NCBI GenBank assembly: GCA_035541055.1 | Contig: DATKNZ010000401.1 | Coordinates: forward strand, 3,743 to 67,742 | Direction: 5' to 3' | Origin: Candidatus Acidiferrum sp. | Lineage (GTDB): Bacteria; Verrucomicrobiota; Verrucomicrobiia; Limisphaerales; UBA8199 | Length of the DNA stretch: 64,000 nucleotides | Part shown: one piece after another, positions 8,364 through 18,800 of the stretch | Position numbering within the stretch: the first letter of the stretch is position 1 | How the letters are laid out: every line of letters begins with the position of its first letter | Notes under the pieces: model-generated | Seen by the model: only the letters and a program-made list of their open reading frames with translations | Told to the model about the DNA's origin: nothing | Database searches by the model: none | Position numbers and translations under genes: made by a program

Positions 8364-10766
8364 ATGAAGACGTATCTACTTGTCATCCCCACCATCCTCC
8401 TCCTGTCCGCTTTGGCCGCACCCGGCCAGGGCACGATGGTTTATGACCAACAGAGTGCCACGAACAGAAGCTTCTACGCGGGTTATCCGTTTCAGGCGGA
8501 GCAACCTGCGGGCCAGTCCTTTACGCCCGCACTTAACACCGTCGGGTTCGTTCAGTTCGAGTTCATTGCCCCCTCTCCAGGGGCTGGGCTGGGGGCGACT
8601 GTTTTCGTGAACTTGCGTTCTGATTCGCTGACCGGGACGATCCTGGACTCGACGGCGCCCGTGTTTATGCCAAACGGCTTTAACGGTATCACGAACTTCC
8701 TATTCAGCGCACCGGTCGCTGTTACCTCGGGAATAACCTATTACCTCCAGCCGGTGCTCCAGTCAGGCGACAGTTCTTGGGGCTTGGTCGCTGGCCCATT
8801 CAATTACTTAGGCGGAACGTTCTTCTTCAACGGAGCACCTAATCCCGACGCCTTTAATGCATGGTTTCGCGAGGGCACCTTCGTGCCCGAGCCAGCCTCG
8901 GGGCTGCTGATGCTGCTCGGTGCCGCCAGCCTCTTTTTTACTCGGCGGTTGGGGCGCTCGTGTTGCTTGGTGTCGCTTGTCGTTGGAGGCTCTCTGGCCG
9001 TCTGCACTACTAGGGCGGACACCGCCCAGACGGCGGCAGCCCCGAGCTATTATTCGGCCCAGCACCCGGAGTGGCCACCAGTGCCTACTCCGACCCCAGG
9101 CTGCGCCGCGGCGCCAATACACGGTAGGCCCGGGGACTGGCTAATGGCAGACCAAACTTATGACTACGCTGTCTCGGATGTGGCCCTGAGCATAGCCAGC
9201 CCGATGGGTTTAACGCCGAACGGCCCGTCGCCGCTGGACCACGGCACAGCGTTGTGGCTTGAGATCGAACAGCCGGTCTCGGGGAATGTTCCGGTTACAG
9301 CCCACAACGTGGATGGCTCACAATGGTTCCAGCTACTCAGCACGACCAACATCATGGCACACCCAGATTGGTCGGTAGAGGAGCAGGTCCAGCAACCTGC
9401 CAGTACCGACCTGCCTTTGATCGTCCCGGAGAATGGTCGGCCTAACGTGTCCTTTCGGGCGGCGCAGTCCGATACGCTGATGTCCGTAAGCAGCGTGGGT
9501 AATGTCCTAAGGCCCAACGATTGCTACTCAAGCCAGCCGAGCTATTTCAACATCCAGCGCAGTTACGCTTCGTCAGGTTCCTATCCGCCCTTACAGGTCT
9601 GGTATTGCGTTGGCGGCACAGCTACTAATGGCGTGGATTACACGTATCTGGATGGCTCTGCCACGTTGCCGAGCGGTGCGAGCTCATACCAGATCAAAGT
9701 TGATGCCCTCCCGAGTCTCGTAACTTCAAACCTCACCCTCGTCCTGACACTGGTGGCCACCAACGGCTACCTTGTGGACTCGAATGGGCCTTCGGCGACG
9801 ATGATCATTGGGGCGAATCGGTTCGGGGCAGTGGCCGAGCTTGATTGGCAGGCCAATGGGCTGGATTACGATCCTCAAAGCCAGTCACTGGTAGTATCCG
9901 AGGAAACCCAATATCCCCCTTACCATAATTTCCTGCGGATTGATGCCAGCGGGGTGAATCCGTGGCTGGACGTGTCGGGCCTATGGGAAGAGGTCTCGCT
10001 GGCCATCGTGAAGACGAGCGCCAATGGCTTCACCCTGGGGGACATGTACTTTGATAGTTCCAGTTGGCCGAATAACCAGCCTACCAACCCACGCATCGGC
10101 TGGGCATCCGGGGGCAATGTGGTGCCCGACTGGGTGACCCTCCCTCCGCCAGCCTCGCCGCTGGGAGGGCTGTATGTGGACCAGACCGGCGTGTTCGGCG
10201 GGGACCTGATTGCGACGGCAGGAGGCGACGAGGACGCTTCCGGCACCGACGGGCGGGTGTGGCGGATTAACTCGTCAGGCCAGGTCACGCTGGTGACTAA
10301 CACGGGGACGCCTTTGGGCGGCGTGATCACGGTCACGAACGACGCGGCGCCATGGGGGCCATGGGCAGGCAAGATTCTCACCGGCCAGGGGCAGGAGTGG
10401 CCCTGGCCCAGCGACCCGGAGATTTACGCCATAGATACCAACGGGCAGGCGACAACGTATTACCTGGGGATTGAACCCGAGCACTTCAATTTCATTCCTG
10501 CCAACCAGTCCTTCTACTGCGTCGGTCCTGATACTTGGAACCGATGGCAGGTTTGGAAGGTGCCGGCCTCCGTGTTCACCGGGCATGTCGGCGATCTGCT
10601 CATCACGGGCATAGGGGACCCGGCGAGTGGGCGGCTGGGGCTGTTTATGGTGCATTGGGACGCCGGGACGACTAACTTTGTTATCCAGCAGATTGCCGCG
10701 CCGCTCGGCCTTGTGATGGACCTGGAGGAGGGCACGTTCGCGCCCATTGAGCTTCCGTGTCTCTGA
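8364..10766 (+). CDS. Secreted protein with an internal PEP-CTERM sorting motif, followed by a Calx-beta-like module and a beta-propeller-like C-terminal region
   Basis: 800-aa ORF. Signal peptide 'MKTYLLVIPTILLLSALAAPGQG'. A PEP-CTERM tag (VPEP + hydrophobic helix + RR) lies at aa 174-195 instead of the C-terminus. Calx-beta-like 'VGGTATNGVDYTYLDGSATLPSGASSYQIKV'. Confidence 0.8.
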   Translation: MKTYLLVIPTILLLSALAAPGQGTMVYDQQSATNRSFYAGYPFQAEQPAGQSFTPALNTVGFVQFEFIAPSPGAGLGATVFVNLRSDSLTGTILDSTAPVFMPNGFNGITNFLFSAPVAVTSGITYYLQPVLQSGDSSWGLVAGPFNYLGGTFFFNGAPNPDAFNAWFREGTFVPEPASGLLMLLGAASLFFTRRLGRSCCLVSLVVGGSLAVCTTRADTAQTAAAPSYYSAQHPEWPPVPTPTPGCAAAPIHGRPGDWLMADQTYDYAVSDVALSIASPMGLTPNGPSPLDHGTALWLEIEQPVSGNVPVTAHNVDGSQWFQLLSTTNIMAHPDWSVEEQVQQPASTDLPLIVPENGRPNVSFRAAQSDTLMSVSSVGNVLRPNDCYSSQPSYFNIQRSYASSGSYPPLQVWYCVGGTATNGVDYTYLDGSATLPSGASSYQIKVDALPSLVTSNLTLVLTLVATNGYLVDSNGPSATMIIGANRFGAVAELDWQANGLDYDPQSQSLVVSEETQYPPYHNFLRIDASGVNPWLDVSGLWEEVSLAIVKTSANGFTLGDMYFDSSSWPNNQPTNPRIGWASGGNVVPDWVTLPPPASPLGGLYVDQTGVFGGDLIATAGGDEDASGTDGRVWRINSSGQVTLVTNTGTPLGGVITVTNDAAPWGPWAGKILTGQGQEWPWPSDPEIYAIDTNGQATTYYLGIEPEHFNFIPANQSFYCVGPDTWNRWQVWKVPASVFTGHVGDLLITGIGDPASGRLGLFMVHWDAGTTNFVIQQIAAPLGLVMDLEEGTFAPIELPCL
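8883..8960 (+). other. PEP-CTERM (exosortase-type) sorting signal located internally in the ORF
   Basis: Encodes 'VPEPASGLLMLLGAASLFFTRRLGRS'. This is the canonical VPEP motif, transmembrane helix and basic cluster. No stop codon follows and the reading frame continues for about 600 more codons. Confidence 0.8.
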
Positions 10767-10786
10767 GTTAGGGCGCCTTGCCGCAG

Positions 10787-12409
10787 CTATAGTCCGAGGT
10801 CGTGCTGTTCGTGGCCTTTGGTTTTGGCCTTGGGGGCTTTCTTGAAGGTCTCGTCCAGGGCGGCGACGGTGCTCGGGCGTTCCAGGCCTTTGCCCTCCAT
10901 CAGCTCTTTGACCGTCCGCAGTTGGAGGCGGGGGTAGCGCTGGCCGTTGGTCTTGTGCTCGTAAAAGCCGGCGCTGACGGCTTCGGCCGTCATGTCCCGG
11001 GTCGGCGGCTGGAGCGAGATCAGTAGGCCCATGCCGGCTTTCTCCCGGTCAAGCACGCCGCGCAGATCGCGCACGTCTTTGACGCCGGTCTTGCCGCCTT
11101 TGACCTGGATGATGATCTGCTCGGGCCTGGTGGCGCGGGGGTCATCGCGGAAGAGGATTTTGCCGTCTATGCCGTGGTCGGCTCCCTTCTTCTGCTCGAC
11201 GGGCCGGGCGCCGACGAGGCCCAGCGCCCACCATTGGAATTGGAATTTATCCTGCTCGGCCAGGACGTAGGCTTCGTTGGGAGTCGTGGGCTCGCCGATG
11301 GTGTTGATTTCCACCTTCTCGCCATAAGTGTCACGCAGGCGGTTTTTGATGAGGGAGGTGGCGAGCTGGGTAATGTCTATGCCTATCCATTGGCGGCCCA
11401 GTTTCTCAGCCGCGTCAATCGTCGTGCCGCAGCCGCAGAACGGGTCGAGCACCAAGTCGCCGGGGTTGCTGCTGGCGTTAATGATACGCTCAAGAAGCGC
11501 CACGGGCTTCTGAGTAGGGTACCCAAGACGCTCCGAACCGACGGGGTTAATCCGATTGATGTCGTCCCAAATATCCGTGGCCAGTTTGCCTTTCAGTTCC
11601 TCTCGGTAACGCTTGTACTGTGGCATCGTGCCCTTTGGAGGCCAGTAGATCCGTCCCTCTGCGTCCAGTTGGTCGAGTCTTTGGACTGTGAACTTCCAGT
11701 GCATTCCCTTTGAGCCGGGATCAATTCCCCTCCAAGCCTTTCCCGAGTCGCCTTTGCGGGTTCCGGCAGCACAGAGGTCTGCACGCCAGTAGAGCCTGCC
11801 ATCCCCATCATCGAATTTGTAGTATTTGTCCAAGTATTCCTCCGCATAATCACTCCGCGGGGAGTTCCACGTGGGATTCTCGCCGACCGCGTAGTAGAGG
11901 ATGACATCGTGGACGGGACCGTACTTCCTTGAAGCGCTGTGGGCGCTCGTTCTCTTCCAGATAATCTCGTTACGAAAGTTCTGCCCGCCAAATACAGCGT
12001 CACATAGCAGCTTGAGGTAATGCGAGGCAGTAGGGTCGCAGTGTAGATACAGCGATCCGGTAGGCTTGAGCACGCGGCGTAGTTCGATGAGGCGCGGGGC
12101 CATCATGGCGAGGTAGGCCATCATATCGTTCTGGCCGAGGAAGGTGCGGAAGGCCTGCATGACTTCGCTGACCTTGCCGGGCTGGGTGACGAGGTCCTGG
12201 TAGGCTTTCTCGCTTTCAACGTTCCAGTGCCAGGTGTCTTCGAAAGCCTGGATTTGGCTGGCAGCGTCAGTGCCATCCTTTTCGTGGAAGAAGGCGTTGT
12301 AGTTCTGGGCGGAGTTGAAAGGCGGGTCCAGATAGACGAGATCAACGACCTCGTCCTTGATGTAGCGGCGGAGGATGTCGAGGTTATCGCCGTAGTACAG
12401 CGTGCCCAT
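10787..12409 (-). CDS. Beta-class N6-adenine/N4-cytosine DNA methyltransferase fused to a C-terminal Mrr-like (restriction endonuclease fold) domain
   Basis: Motif IV 'VYLDPPFNS' near the N-terminus and motif I 'VLDPFCGCGTTIDAA' near aa 325 give the beta-class order, with a variable region between them. The C-terminal 'GADHGIDGKILFRDD...IIIQVKGGKTGVKDVRDLRGVL' fits the D...(Q/E)xK pattern of Mrr-type nuclease folds. Confidence 0.85.
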   Translation of the reverse strand: MGTLYYGDNLDILRRYIKDEVVDLVYLDPPFNSAQNYNAFFHEKDGTDAASQIQAFEDTWHWNVESEKAYQDLVTQPGKVSEVMQAFRTFLGQNDMMAYLAMMAPRLIELRRVLKPTGSLYLHCDPTASHYLKLLCDAVFGGQNFRNEIIWKRTSAHSASRKYGPVHDVILYYAVGENPTWNSPRSDYAEEYLDKYYKFDDGDGRLYWRADLCAAGTRKGDSGKAWRGIDPGSKGMHWKFTVQRLDQLDAEGRIYWPPKGTMPQYKRYREELKGKLATDIWDDINRINPVGSERLGYPTQKPVALLERIINASSNPGDLVLDPFCGCGTTIDAAEKLGRQWIGIDITQLATSLIKNRLRDTYGEKVEINTIGEPTTPNEAYVLAEQDKFQFQWWALGLVGARPVEQKKGADHGIDGKILFRDDPRATRPEQIIIQVKGGKTGVKDVRDLRGVLDREKAGMGLLISLQPPTRDMTAEAVSAGFYEHKTNGQRYPRLQLRTVKELMEGKGLERPSTVAALDETFKKAPKAKTKGHEQHDLGL

Positions 12410-12544
12410 GCGGCGAGCGTAGGAAAGACGCAGCCCAATGTGAACCTATTTCTGGCGGGTGGATTGGGATCGTCAGCTCGCGCCGCGGGCGCGGATTAAG
12501 GGCGAGTGCAGGCGTATCAGGCCGGTCTGGCATCATCCCAGCCG

Positions 12545-12667
12545 CCCCACCCTCACCTGTCCGTGACCACACCGTATCCTCCTCGTGACCACACCGTATA
12601 TTCAATTTGAATACACGATGTGGTCACGAGGAGGATACGGCGTGGTCACGGACAGGTGAGGGTGGAG
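12545..12667. repeat. 123-bp near-perfect palindrome containing four phased 15-mers
   Basis: Arms 12545-12605 and 12607-12667 are reverse complements with 3 mismatches, centred on T 12606. Each arm carries GTGACCACACCGTAT twice at 22-bp spacing (12563, 12585; inverted copies at 12613, 12635). The element sits in the divergent spacer between the methyltransferase and the ATP-grasp operon. Confidence 0.9.
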
Positions 12668-13018
12668 GGGCGGTATCGAGGTGTGCCAATGCCGTCGATT
12701 TGCTGAGACCTATGCTGCCAAACCACAAATCGGGCTCCTGGTTACTCCGCCAGCCACAGCGTGCGCAGGCGTCTTTCACCCACCCTGATCATTCCTCACC
12801 ACATTATTCGTCTGCTCACAGCGCATCAGGCTTTCCTTGAGAGGCAGCATCATTGGCAGCAATCCAAGCAAATTGCGGCCAGGCTCGGCCGTTTCGAAGG
12901 GGTCGGATGCTAATTCCAGCCGGCAGAAAGCCGCGTTTGCTCTGCTGGCACACCCATTGCTCTGCAGCGTTCGAACGCCGTGGGCCGGATTGCCTGTCGC
13001 GGCCAAGCACGTCGAGCG

Positions 13019-14518
13019 ATGCTTTTTAACCACTACGACTCCGAAGGCTTTTTCGACGAGATGATCGCCGAGAACGGAGGTCCACGCTCATCCGTCGCGG
13101 CGCTCTCCCGCGCCATCGAGGCCCTTCCGGCTGGCGAACTGACTTCCCGCCAAGCCGGCGCCGAGCGTGCCTTGTTGCAGATGGGCATCACGTTCAATGT
13201 CTATGGCGAGCAGGCCGGCGTGGAGAAGATATTCCCTTTCGACATTGTGCCTCGGGTCGTCTCGGCCGCTGAATGGACCCGACTGGAAAAGGGCCTCAAG
13301 CAGCGGATCCATGCCCTGAATCTGTTTATTGACGACCTGTACCACGGGCAGAAGATCCTCAAAGACGGCATCGTGCCGCGGGAGATCATTCTCTCCGCCA
13401 GGTCGTTTCGCCAGCAATGTGTGGGCTGGAATCCGCCCCGTGGCATCTGGTGCCATATCACCGGAACGGACCTGGTCCGTCACAGCGACGGCGAGTTCTA
13501 TGTGCTGGAAGATAACCTGCGCTGTCCGTCGGGCGTGTCCTACGTGCTGCAGAACCGGGAAGTGATGAAGGGCCTGTTCCCGAGGGTGGTCGCCTCGCTC
13601 AGGGTGCGGCCCGTGCTGGATTACCCGCTGAAGCTGCGCGACATGCTGGAGTACCTGACGCCCGACACCGTGGTGCGACCGCGTGTGGTGCTGCTCACGC
13701 CCGGCGTCTACAACTCCGCCTACTTCGAGCACAGCTTCCTGGCGCAGCAGATGGGGATCGAACTGGTCGAGGGTCGCGACCTCGTGGTCGAGGACGGCGT
13801 GGTTCTCATGCGCACGACGCGCGGCTTTGAGCGCGTGGACGTGATCTACCGCCGGGTGGATGATGATTTCCTCGACCCGCGCTGCTTCCGACCCGACTCG
13901 ATGCTGGGCGTGCCCGGCCTGATGGAAGCTTACAAGGCCGGCAATGTCGCCCTCGCCAATGCTCCCGGCACGGGTGTGGCGGACGACAAGGTGGTTTATG
14001 CCTACGTGCCTCGGATCGTGAAGTACTACCTGGGGGAGGAGATCATCCTGCCCAACGTGCCGACGCATATCTGCGCCGAAGAACAGGACCTGCAGCACAC
14101 GCTCGCCAACCTGGACAAGCTGGTGGTCAAGGCAGCCAACGAGTCCGGCGGCTACGGCATGCTGGTCGGCCCGCACTCGACCAAGGAGCAGCGGGCGGAG
14201 TTCGCGGAGAAGGTGAAGGCCAATCCAAGGAATTACATCGCCCAGCCGACGCTCGCACTCTCGCGGGTGCCAACCATCTGCGGCGATCACCTGGAGGGGC
14301 GCCACGTGGATCTGCGTCCCTACATCCTGCACGGCAAGGACATCTTCGTCCTCCCCGGGGGCCTGACGCGCGTGGCGCTAAAGAAAGGCTCGCTGGTGGT
14401 GAACTCCTCACAGGGCGGAGGCAGCAAGGACACCTGGGTGTTGGCGGACCAGGCGAATGGCGAGTTGGAGCGGGTCAACGGCCACACGCCCTCGTGGCAA
14501 AAGCCTCATGAAGGCTGA
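13019..14518 (+). CDS. Circularly permuted type-2 ATP-grasp protein (COG2308-type amidoligase)
   Basis: '[16 protein letters not shown]', '[15 protein letters not shown]', '[15 protein letters not shown]' and '[17 protein letters not shown]' match this family. I chose the start at the internal ATG ([15 protein letters not shown]...) rather than the track start at 12980. Confidence 0.85.
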   Translation: MLFNHYDSEGFFDEMIAENGGPRSSVAALSRAIEALPAGELTSRQAGAERALLQMGITFNVYGEQAGVEKIFPFDIVPRVVSAAEWTRLEKGLKQRIHALNLFIDDLYHGQKILKDGIVPREIILSARSFRQQCVGWNPPRGIWCHITGTDLVRHSDGEFYVLEDNLRCPSGVSYVLQNREVMKGLFPRVVASLRVRPVLDYPLKLRDMLEYLTPDTVVRPRVVLLTPGVYNSAYFEHSFLAQQMGIELVEGRDLVVEDGVVLMRTTRGFERVDVIYRRVDDDFLDPRCFRPDSMLGVPGLMEAYKAGNVALANAPGTGVADDKVVYAYVPRIVKYYLGEEIILPNVPTHICAEEQDLQHTLANLDKLVVKAANESGGYGMLVGPHSTKEQRAEFAEKVKANPRNYIAQPTLALSRVPTICGDHLEGRHVDLRPYILHGKDIFVLPGGLTRVALKKGSLVVNSSQGGGSKDTWVLADQANGELERVNGHTPSWQKPHEG

Positions 14519-14530
14519 GGTCCTAAGGGC

Positions 14531-14746
14531 GAACGCCGAAGCCCGAAGACCGAGAGAAGGCCGAAGACCGAAACCCGAAGCAGTCAGCCGGCAGACCAGC
14601 GATGCGGGGCCGTCGGGAGTCTCCACGATAGCGAGACAGGTTAAGGCACAGTGTTCTCCAACGCTTCGGCTGGCCATGTGGACGGTGGCGGCTCCGGGCT
14701 TCGGACTTCGGGCCTCGGTCTTCGGGTTTCCCCCGACCTTCGGACT
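14531..14746. repeat. CCGAAGG-heptamer inverted-repeat element, copy A
   Basis: The left arm (14531-14580) is made of degenerate CCGAAG(G/C/A) heptamers. The right arm (14693-14746) is the complementary CTTCGG array. It shares 'AACCCGAAGCAGTCAGCC' with copy B. It fills the spacer between the ATP-grasp and alpha-E genes. Confidence 0.85.
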
Positions 14747-14752
14747 GCCGCC

Positions 14753-15739
14753 ATGCTGAGCCGGGTCGCAGATTCGGTCTATTGGATGAGCCGCTACGTC
14801 GAGCGCGCGGAGAACGTAGCCCGCTTCGTGGACGTGAACTACCAGCTCATGCTGGACGCTCCCGAGGGGCACGACCAGCAGTGGGAGCCGCTCGTCGCCA
14901 CGACGGGCGATCACGCGCAGTTCGCCAAACGGCATGGAGGGGCGACCGAGGAAAGCGTCACCAGGTTCCTCACATTCGAGAGCGAGAATCCCAACTCCAT
15001 TCTCTCCTGCCTGCGGGCGGCGCGCGAGAACGCCCGCAGCGTGCGCGAAATCATCTCCTCAGAGATGTGGCTGCAGCTAAACCGCTTTTACCTGATCGTG
15101 AAATCCGCCGCCGAATCCAGCGATGGGCTGGAGGACGCTCAGGCCTTCTTCGACGCAGTGAGGCAGGCCAGCCATCTCTTTAGCGGCATCACCGAAGCCA
15201 CCATGACGCAGGGCGAGGCGTGGCATTTCTCGCGGCTGGGCCGCATGCTGGAGCGCGCCGACAAGACCTCGCGCATCCTGGACGTGAAGTATTTCCTCCT
15301 GCTCCGTTCCGCCGAGGAGGTGGGCACTCCGTACGACGCTATCCAGTGGGCGGCGGTGCTTCGCTCGGCCTCAGCCTTCGAGATGTACCGCAAACGGCAC
15401 GGGCGCATCTCGCCCAAGGGCGTGGCGGACTTCCTCATGCTGGACCGGGAGTTCCCGCGCGCCATCCAGTACTGCCTGGTGGCGGCGCGCGACTCCTTGC
15501 ACGCGATCAGCGGCACACCCTTGGGCACCTTCCGGCACCCGCCGGAGAAGCTCCTTGGCCAGCTTTGCTCGGACCTTTCCTTCACGACGGTGGATGAAAT
15601 AGTGAAGCAAGGCCTGCATGAATACGTGGACGATCTCCAGACGAAGATGAACCAGGTAAGCGACGGCGTTTACGAGACCTTCTTTGCCCAGAAGAACCCC
15701 GAACCCATGCGCAAGGGCTCGTGGTCTGCAGCCCAATGA
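14753..15739 (+). CDS. Alpha-E domain protein (COG2307)
   Basis: 'MLSRVADSVYWMSRYVERAENVARF' and 'GEAWHFSRLGRMLERADKTSRILDVKY' are typical alpha-E signatures. The upstream part of the track ORF (from 14651) is translated repeat element. Confidence 0.85.
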   Translation: MLSRVADSVYWMSRYVERAENVARFVDVNYQLMLDAPEGHDQQWEPLVATTGDHAQFAKRHGGATEESVTRFLTFESENPNSILSCLRAARENARSVREIISSEMWLQLNRFYLIVKSAAESSDGLEDAQAFFDAVRQASHLFSGITEATMTQGEAWHFSRLGRMLERADKTSRILDVKYFLLLRSAEEVGTPYDAIQWAAVLRSASAFEMYRKRHGRISPKGVADFLMLDREFPRAIQYCLVAARDSLHAISGTPLGTFRHPPEKLLGQLCSDLSFTTVDEIVKQGLHEYVDDLQTKMNQVSDGVYETFFAQKNPEPMRKGSWSAAQ

Positions 15740-15777
15740 CTGATTGTGCGCCAAAACCGGGAAGCCCGACCGCGGTT

Positions 15778-15840
15778 GGTAGCGATGCCTCGCCAAGGCG
15801 TCCGTTCTCACCACGGACGCCTCGGCGAAGCGTCCCTACC
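15778..15840. repeat. GGTAGGGACGCCTCGCCGAGGCGTCC nested-hairpin element, copy 1
   Basis: GGTAGCGATGCCTCGCCAAGGCGTCCGT / ACGGACGCCTCGGCGAAGCGTCCCTACC. Each arm is itself palindromic. A second copy lies at 28861-28928. Confidence 0.85.
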
Positions 15841-15864
15841 TGCCTCTTCCGAATGTAGGCCTGC

Positions 15865-18800
15865 ATGTCCATCCACATCGCCCTACACCACCGGACGCAC
15901 TATCGCTATGACCGGCCCGTTACGCTCGGGCCGCAGATCGTGCGTCTCCGCCCCGCGCCGCACTGCCGCACGCGCTTGCTGAGCTACTCGCTCCGCGTTG
16001 CGCCGGACAAGCACTTCATTAACTGGCAGCAGGACCCGCAGTCCAACTACCTCGCCCGGCTTGTCTTCCACGAGCCGACGCGCGAGTTCCTGGTGGAGGT
16101 GGACCTGGTCGCCGAAATGGCGGTGCTCAATCCGTTCGACTTCTTCCTGGAGGCCCAGGCGGAGCGGTTCCCGTTCAAGTACGACACGGCCCTCGACCAC
16201 GAGCTTGCGCCCTTCCTGCTGCGCTTGCCGCCTACGGCGGAGTTCACGAAGTACCTGGGCGTCCTGAAACGCGAGCTGTTGCACAACGGTAACGGCCGAC
16301 ATGAGGCTCAGAGTGAGCGGGGCAAGGGACTGAACTTCCTCACGTCGGCTGTGATAGCGGCGGATGGGCGCCCCCGAACGATTGACTTCCTGGTGGCCTT
16401 GAATCAGCGCCTCTGGCGCGACATCCGCTACCTTATCCGGCTCGAACCCGGCGTGCAAACGCCCGAGGAGACTCTGCAGCTTGCCAGCGGCTCATGCCGT
16501 GACTCGGCCTGGCTGCTCTGCCAGTTGCTCCGCCATCTTGGCCTCGCCTCGCGCTTCGTCAGCGGCTACCTGGTTCAGCTCACGGCCGACGTGAAATCAC
16601 TCGAAGGTCCGAGGGGACCGGAGAAGGACTTCACCGACCTGCACGCATGGTGCGAGGTTTACCTGCCCGGCGCAGGGTGGATCGGGCTTGATCCCACCAG
16701 CGGCCTGCTCGCCGGTGAGGGCCACATCCCGCTGGCCTGTGCGCCTGATCCCAGCAGCGCCGCGCCCATCACCGGGTTGGTGGATGAATGCACCTGCGAC
16801 TTCAGCCACGACATGAAGGTTACCCGGGCCTTCGAGTCCTCGCGCGTCACCAAGCCCTACACCCAGGAGCAGTGGCGCGAGATCGAGTCCCTTGGCCAGC
16901 AGCTCGACGCCGAACTCCGGCTCCACGATTGCCGGCTCACGATGGGTGGCGAGCCGACGTTCGTCAGCATGGACGATATGGATGGCGAGGAATGGAATAC
17001 GAGCGCCCTCGGTCCAACCAAGCGCCGCCTGGCTGATGGCTTGATGAAACGCCTTAAGCGCCGCTTCAGCACTGGGGCTTTTCTGCATTATGGGCAGGGC
17101 AAATGGTATCCGGGCGAATCGTTGCCGCGGTGGGCCCTTGCGTGCTATTGGCGTAGAGATGGCCAGCCCATCTGGCTCAACGACGCGCTGTTTGCCGACG
17201 AATCCAAGAGCTACGGCTTCGATGAGCGACGGGCAGAGGAGTTCATCTACGCGCTGGCTGAGCGCCTCGCCTGCGGTGCCGATTGGATTATGCCCGCGTT
17301 CGAAGACACCTGGTATTACCTCTGGAAGGAGCGCCGCCTGCCGACGAACACGGACCCGTTCAAGTCGAACCTGAGGAACGAGGAAGACCGCGTGCGCCTG
17401 GCGAAGATATTCGAGCAGGGCCTTGATAAGATCGTCGGGTACGCGCTGCCTTTGGAGCGGCACTGGGGTCCTGGCCGGCCATACTGGTTCAGCGGGCCAT
17501 GGTTCTTGCGGTCGGAGCGCTGCTACCTGCTTCCCGGCGATTCGCCCATGGGTCTTCGGCTGCCGCTCGATTCGCTGCCGCACGTCAGCGCCGCGGATTT
17601 CCCGTACGTCCACGAGCAGGAGCCATTCGAGGACCGGCGCCCATTGCCGCCGCGCCCGCAGAAGGACTTACAGAGATACTTCTCCCCGGAGTGGTTCGAA
17701 GGACGCGGCTTGCCTCCGGGCGAGGCAGGCGGGCTCGCGCAAAGCATGCGCCAGCAAAGGGCTTCGACGCAGGAGCCGTCGCCCGATCTCTTTCGCCAGC
17801 CTGTCCGCGGCGAGTCGGCCGCGTGGATTGTCCGCACGGCGCTCTGTGTAGAGCCGCGCCAGGGAAGGCTTCACGTTTTCATGCCCCCAGCCAGGACGCT
17901 GGAGGACTACCTCGGCATCGTCGCCGCCGTCGAGGACACCGCCGAACTGCTCGACACACCGGTCATTATTGAGGGCTACACGCCGCCCTTTGATCCGCGC
18001 CTCAACGTCATCAAGGTCACGCCTGACCCGGGCGTCATCGAGGTGAATATCCATCCGGCGCAATCCTGGGACGAGATGGTGCGGAATACGGAGGTGCTCT
18101 ATGAAGAAGCGCGACAGGCGCGGCTGGGAACGGAGAAGTTCATGCTCGATGGCCGGCACACCGGCACGGGCGGGGGCAATCACATTGTCATTGGCGGCTC
18201 GACGCCTGCCGGTAGCCCGCTGCTGCGACGGCCCGATCTGCTGCGCAGCCTGGTCGCCTACTGGCAAAACCATCCATCATTGTCCTTCCTCTTCAGCGGC
18301 CTGTTCATCGGCCCCACTAGCCAAAGCCCCCGCATTGACGAGGCGCGAAACGATTCGCTGTATGAGCTGGAAGTGGCTTTCCACGAGCTCGACCGGCAGC
18401 TAGCCCCCCACTGCAAGCCCTCGGCCTCGGGCGCAAGCCCGATGATCCCGCCCTGGCTCGCCGACCGTTTGTTCCGCAACCTTCTCATAGACGCGACCGG
18501 CAACACTCACCGCGCCGAGTTTTGCATTGATAAGCTCTACTCGCCAGACAGCGCCAGCGGCCGGCTCGGCTTGCTGGAGATGCGCGCTTTCGAGATGCCA
18601 CCGCACGCCCGCATGAGCCTCGCCCAGCAACTCCTGCTGCGCACGCTTATCGTCAAATTCTGGCGCCAGCCCTACACCAACGGCCTTGTCCGCTGGGGCA
18701 CTGACATCCACGACCGCTGGATGCTGCCGCACTTCGTCTGGAGCGACTTCGCCGATGTCATTGAAGACCTGCAAGCCGGCGGCTACGCGATGAAGCCCGA

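Noticed and set aside
12384-12840. Two small mirror-image ORFs (MNIRCGHEEDTVWSRTGEGG... on minus, MNTRCGHEEDTAWSRTGEGG... on plus)
   Set aside because: Their similarity is a direct consequence of the 123-bp palindrome. They are not evidence of coding.
14531-14746. CRISPR array hypothesis for the CCGAAGG-type repeats (also at 19412, 38044 and 56255)
   Set aside because: The units are contiguous 7-bp tandem repeats arranged as inverted arms. There are no unique spacers of 25-40 bp and no cas genes are present.
14514-14760. Target-site duplication (GCTGAG) flanking heptamer element copy A, and GTGAG flanking copy C (38005-38318)
   Set aside because: Matches of only 5-6 bp are compatible with chance. 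For copy A the reconstructed empty site does not restore the alpha-E reading frame. The GTGAG pair around copy C would restore a GTGA stop/start overlap, which is suggestive, but it is too short to claim.
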